The notes beneath the pieces are model-generated. The model worked only from the letters and a program-made list of their open reading frames with translations. It ran no database searches and was not told the origin of the DNA. A DNA stretch of 64,000 bases from Rhizaria sp. SCN 62-66. Taxonomy: Eukaryota. Shown piece after piece: positions 63,086 to 64,000 of the stretch. The number at the start of each line of letters is the position of its first letter. The stretch's first letter is position 1. A program made the translations under genes and the position numbers. The stretch spans positions 1 to 64,000 of the forward strand of contig MEDY01000076.1 in the NCBI GenBank assembly GCA_001724265.1, given 5' to 3'.

Positions 63086-64000
63086 ATGCTTCGAGCCTCT
63101 CTCAGAAGGCTCTCTAGTCTCTCACCAACGCTGGCGCAGGCAAAGAACGCAACAAACCCCAACGCGTTGCGCTTTCTCGTAGTCGACAGCTACACCAAGG
63201 CAGGTCGCGACGACTTGACTCGGCACGGGGCTTCAACAGCAGGTACGCATTAGAGTCTTCATTCACTTGAACTCAACTTGGACATAAAACAATACAGCAA
63301 AGATAGGCACGAATCAATCTGATACTCACAAAGCTATTGTTTTACTGCGTCCTCTACACCATAGGCGAGTTATACGCTCGTTTGCTCAGGGATGTCTCGC
63401 CAATTGCCCCGATCATCGACATCTACTACCCCTCCGACCTCTTCGAGTCTACTACAACAAACAACAACAACAGCACGAACATCACAACTAACACGTCGAC
63501 CGCTGGGATTACTTCCAGCAGCATTGGTTCTGCTGCGAACGCGTCGTTTTGCTGCCCGACAGCGTCCTACACCAGCTTGAACACCGCCGCCGCCTCGAAT
63601 AGCCCCACTGTCCCTGGCTCTTTCTCCGCCTCAGCCTTAGCCTCAGCCTCTCCCAGCCTCTCGCAACACCCCGCCCCCGCGCTGCCCGACCTCTCATCGT
63701 ACGCCGGCGTCGCGTGGACGGGCTGCTCTCTCAGCATCACCTCCGAGCCGCTCGACCCCCGCGTGGAATTCCAGCTCTCCCTCGCCCGCAAGGCCTTCGC
63801 CGCCGGAGTCCCGCAGTTCGGATCGTGCTGGGCGCTCCAGGTCGCCGCCGTCGCCGCGGGCGCGCGCTGCCGGCCTGCGCGCAAGGGCCGCGAGATGGGC
63901 TTCGGCCGCAGTGTCACGCTGACTGCAGCCGGGGCGCGACACGGCATGTACCAGGGCAAGAAGGAGATCAAGGAGAAGTCTGGTGACACTGCAACAACAG
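63086..64000 (+). CDS. Class I glutamine amidotransferase-like protein with a putative mitochondrial presequence, truncated by the window end; exons 63086-63242, 63365->64000
   Basis: N-terminus MLRASLRRLSSLSPTLAQA, then LRFLVVDSY, YAGVAWTGCSLSI, nucleophile elbow QFGSCWALQVAAVAAG and GREMGFGRSVTLT. Confidence 0.82.

Noticed and set aside
1-64000. tRNA (including a CUA-anticodon tRNA), rRNA, CRISPR arrays and transposons
   Set aside because: None was recognisable by eye. The repeats present are simple tri- and hexanucleotide runs, mostly encoding poly-Ala, Ser, Asp or Asn. A tRNA scan was not run.

Overview
This is gene-dense nuclear DNA from a eukaryote, probably a protist. Coding exons are GC-rich and the spliceosomal introns are short (about 100-220 nt) and AT-rich. 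I modelled 16 genes by hand: transketolase; a ~8,570-aa DUF3638/DUF3645 giant protein; TRAPPC2; RPN6; a Maf protein; ATP synthase subunit g; RPT5; two tandem M6PR/ATG27-like receptors; a coiled-coil protein; a histidine-phosphatase-family protein; a DHHC palmitoyltransferase; Sec1; a Cys-rich membrane protein; a damaged RPL34; and a truncated class I glutamine amidotransferase. The main result is evidence for a non-standard nuclear genetic code in which UAG is read as sense, most likely Gln, while UAA and UGA remain stops. Six in-frame TAG codons occur in three otherwise intact genes. Two of them align with Gln and Glu in an adjacent paralog, and none of the 15 complete gene models ends in TAG. 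Also notable are a GTACGY 5' splice-site consensus (never A at +4), a putative protease plus SF2 ATPase plus EF-hand giant protein, and an RPL34 with two frame-compensating deletions. All exon boundaries and family calls come from reading the sequence; no database searches were run.
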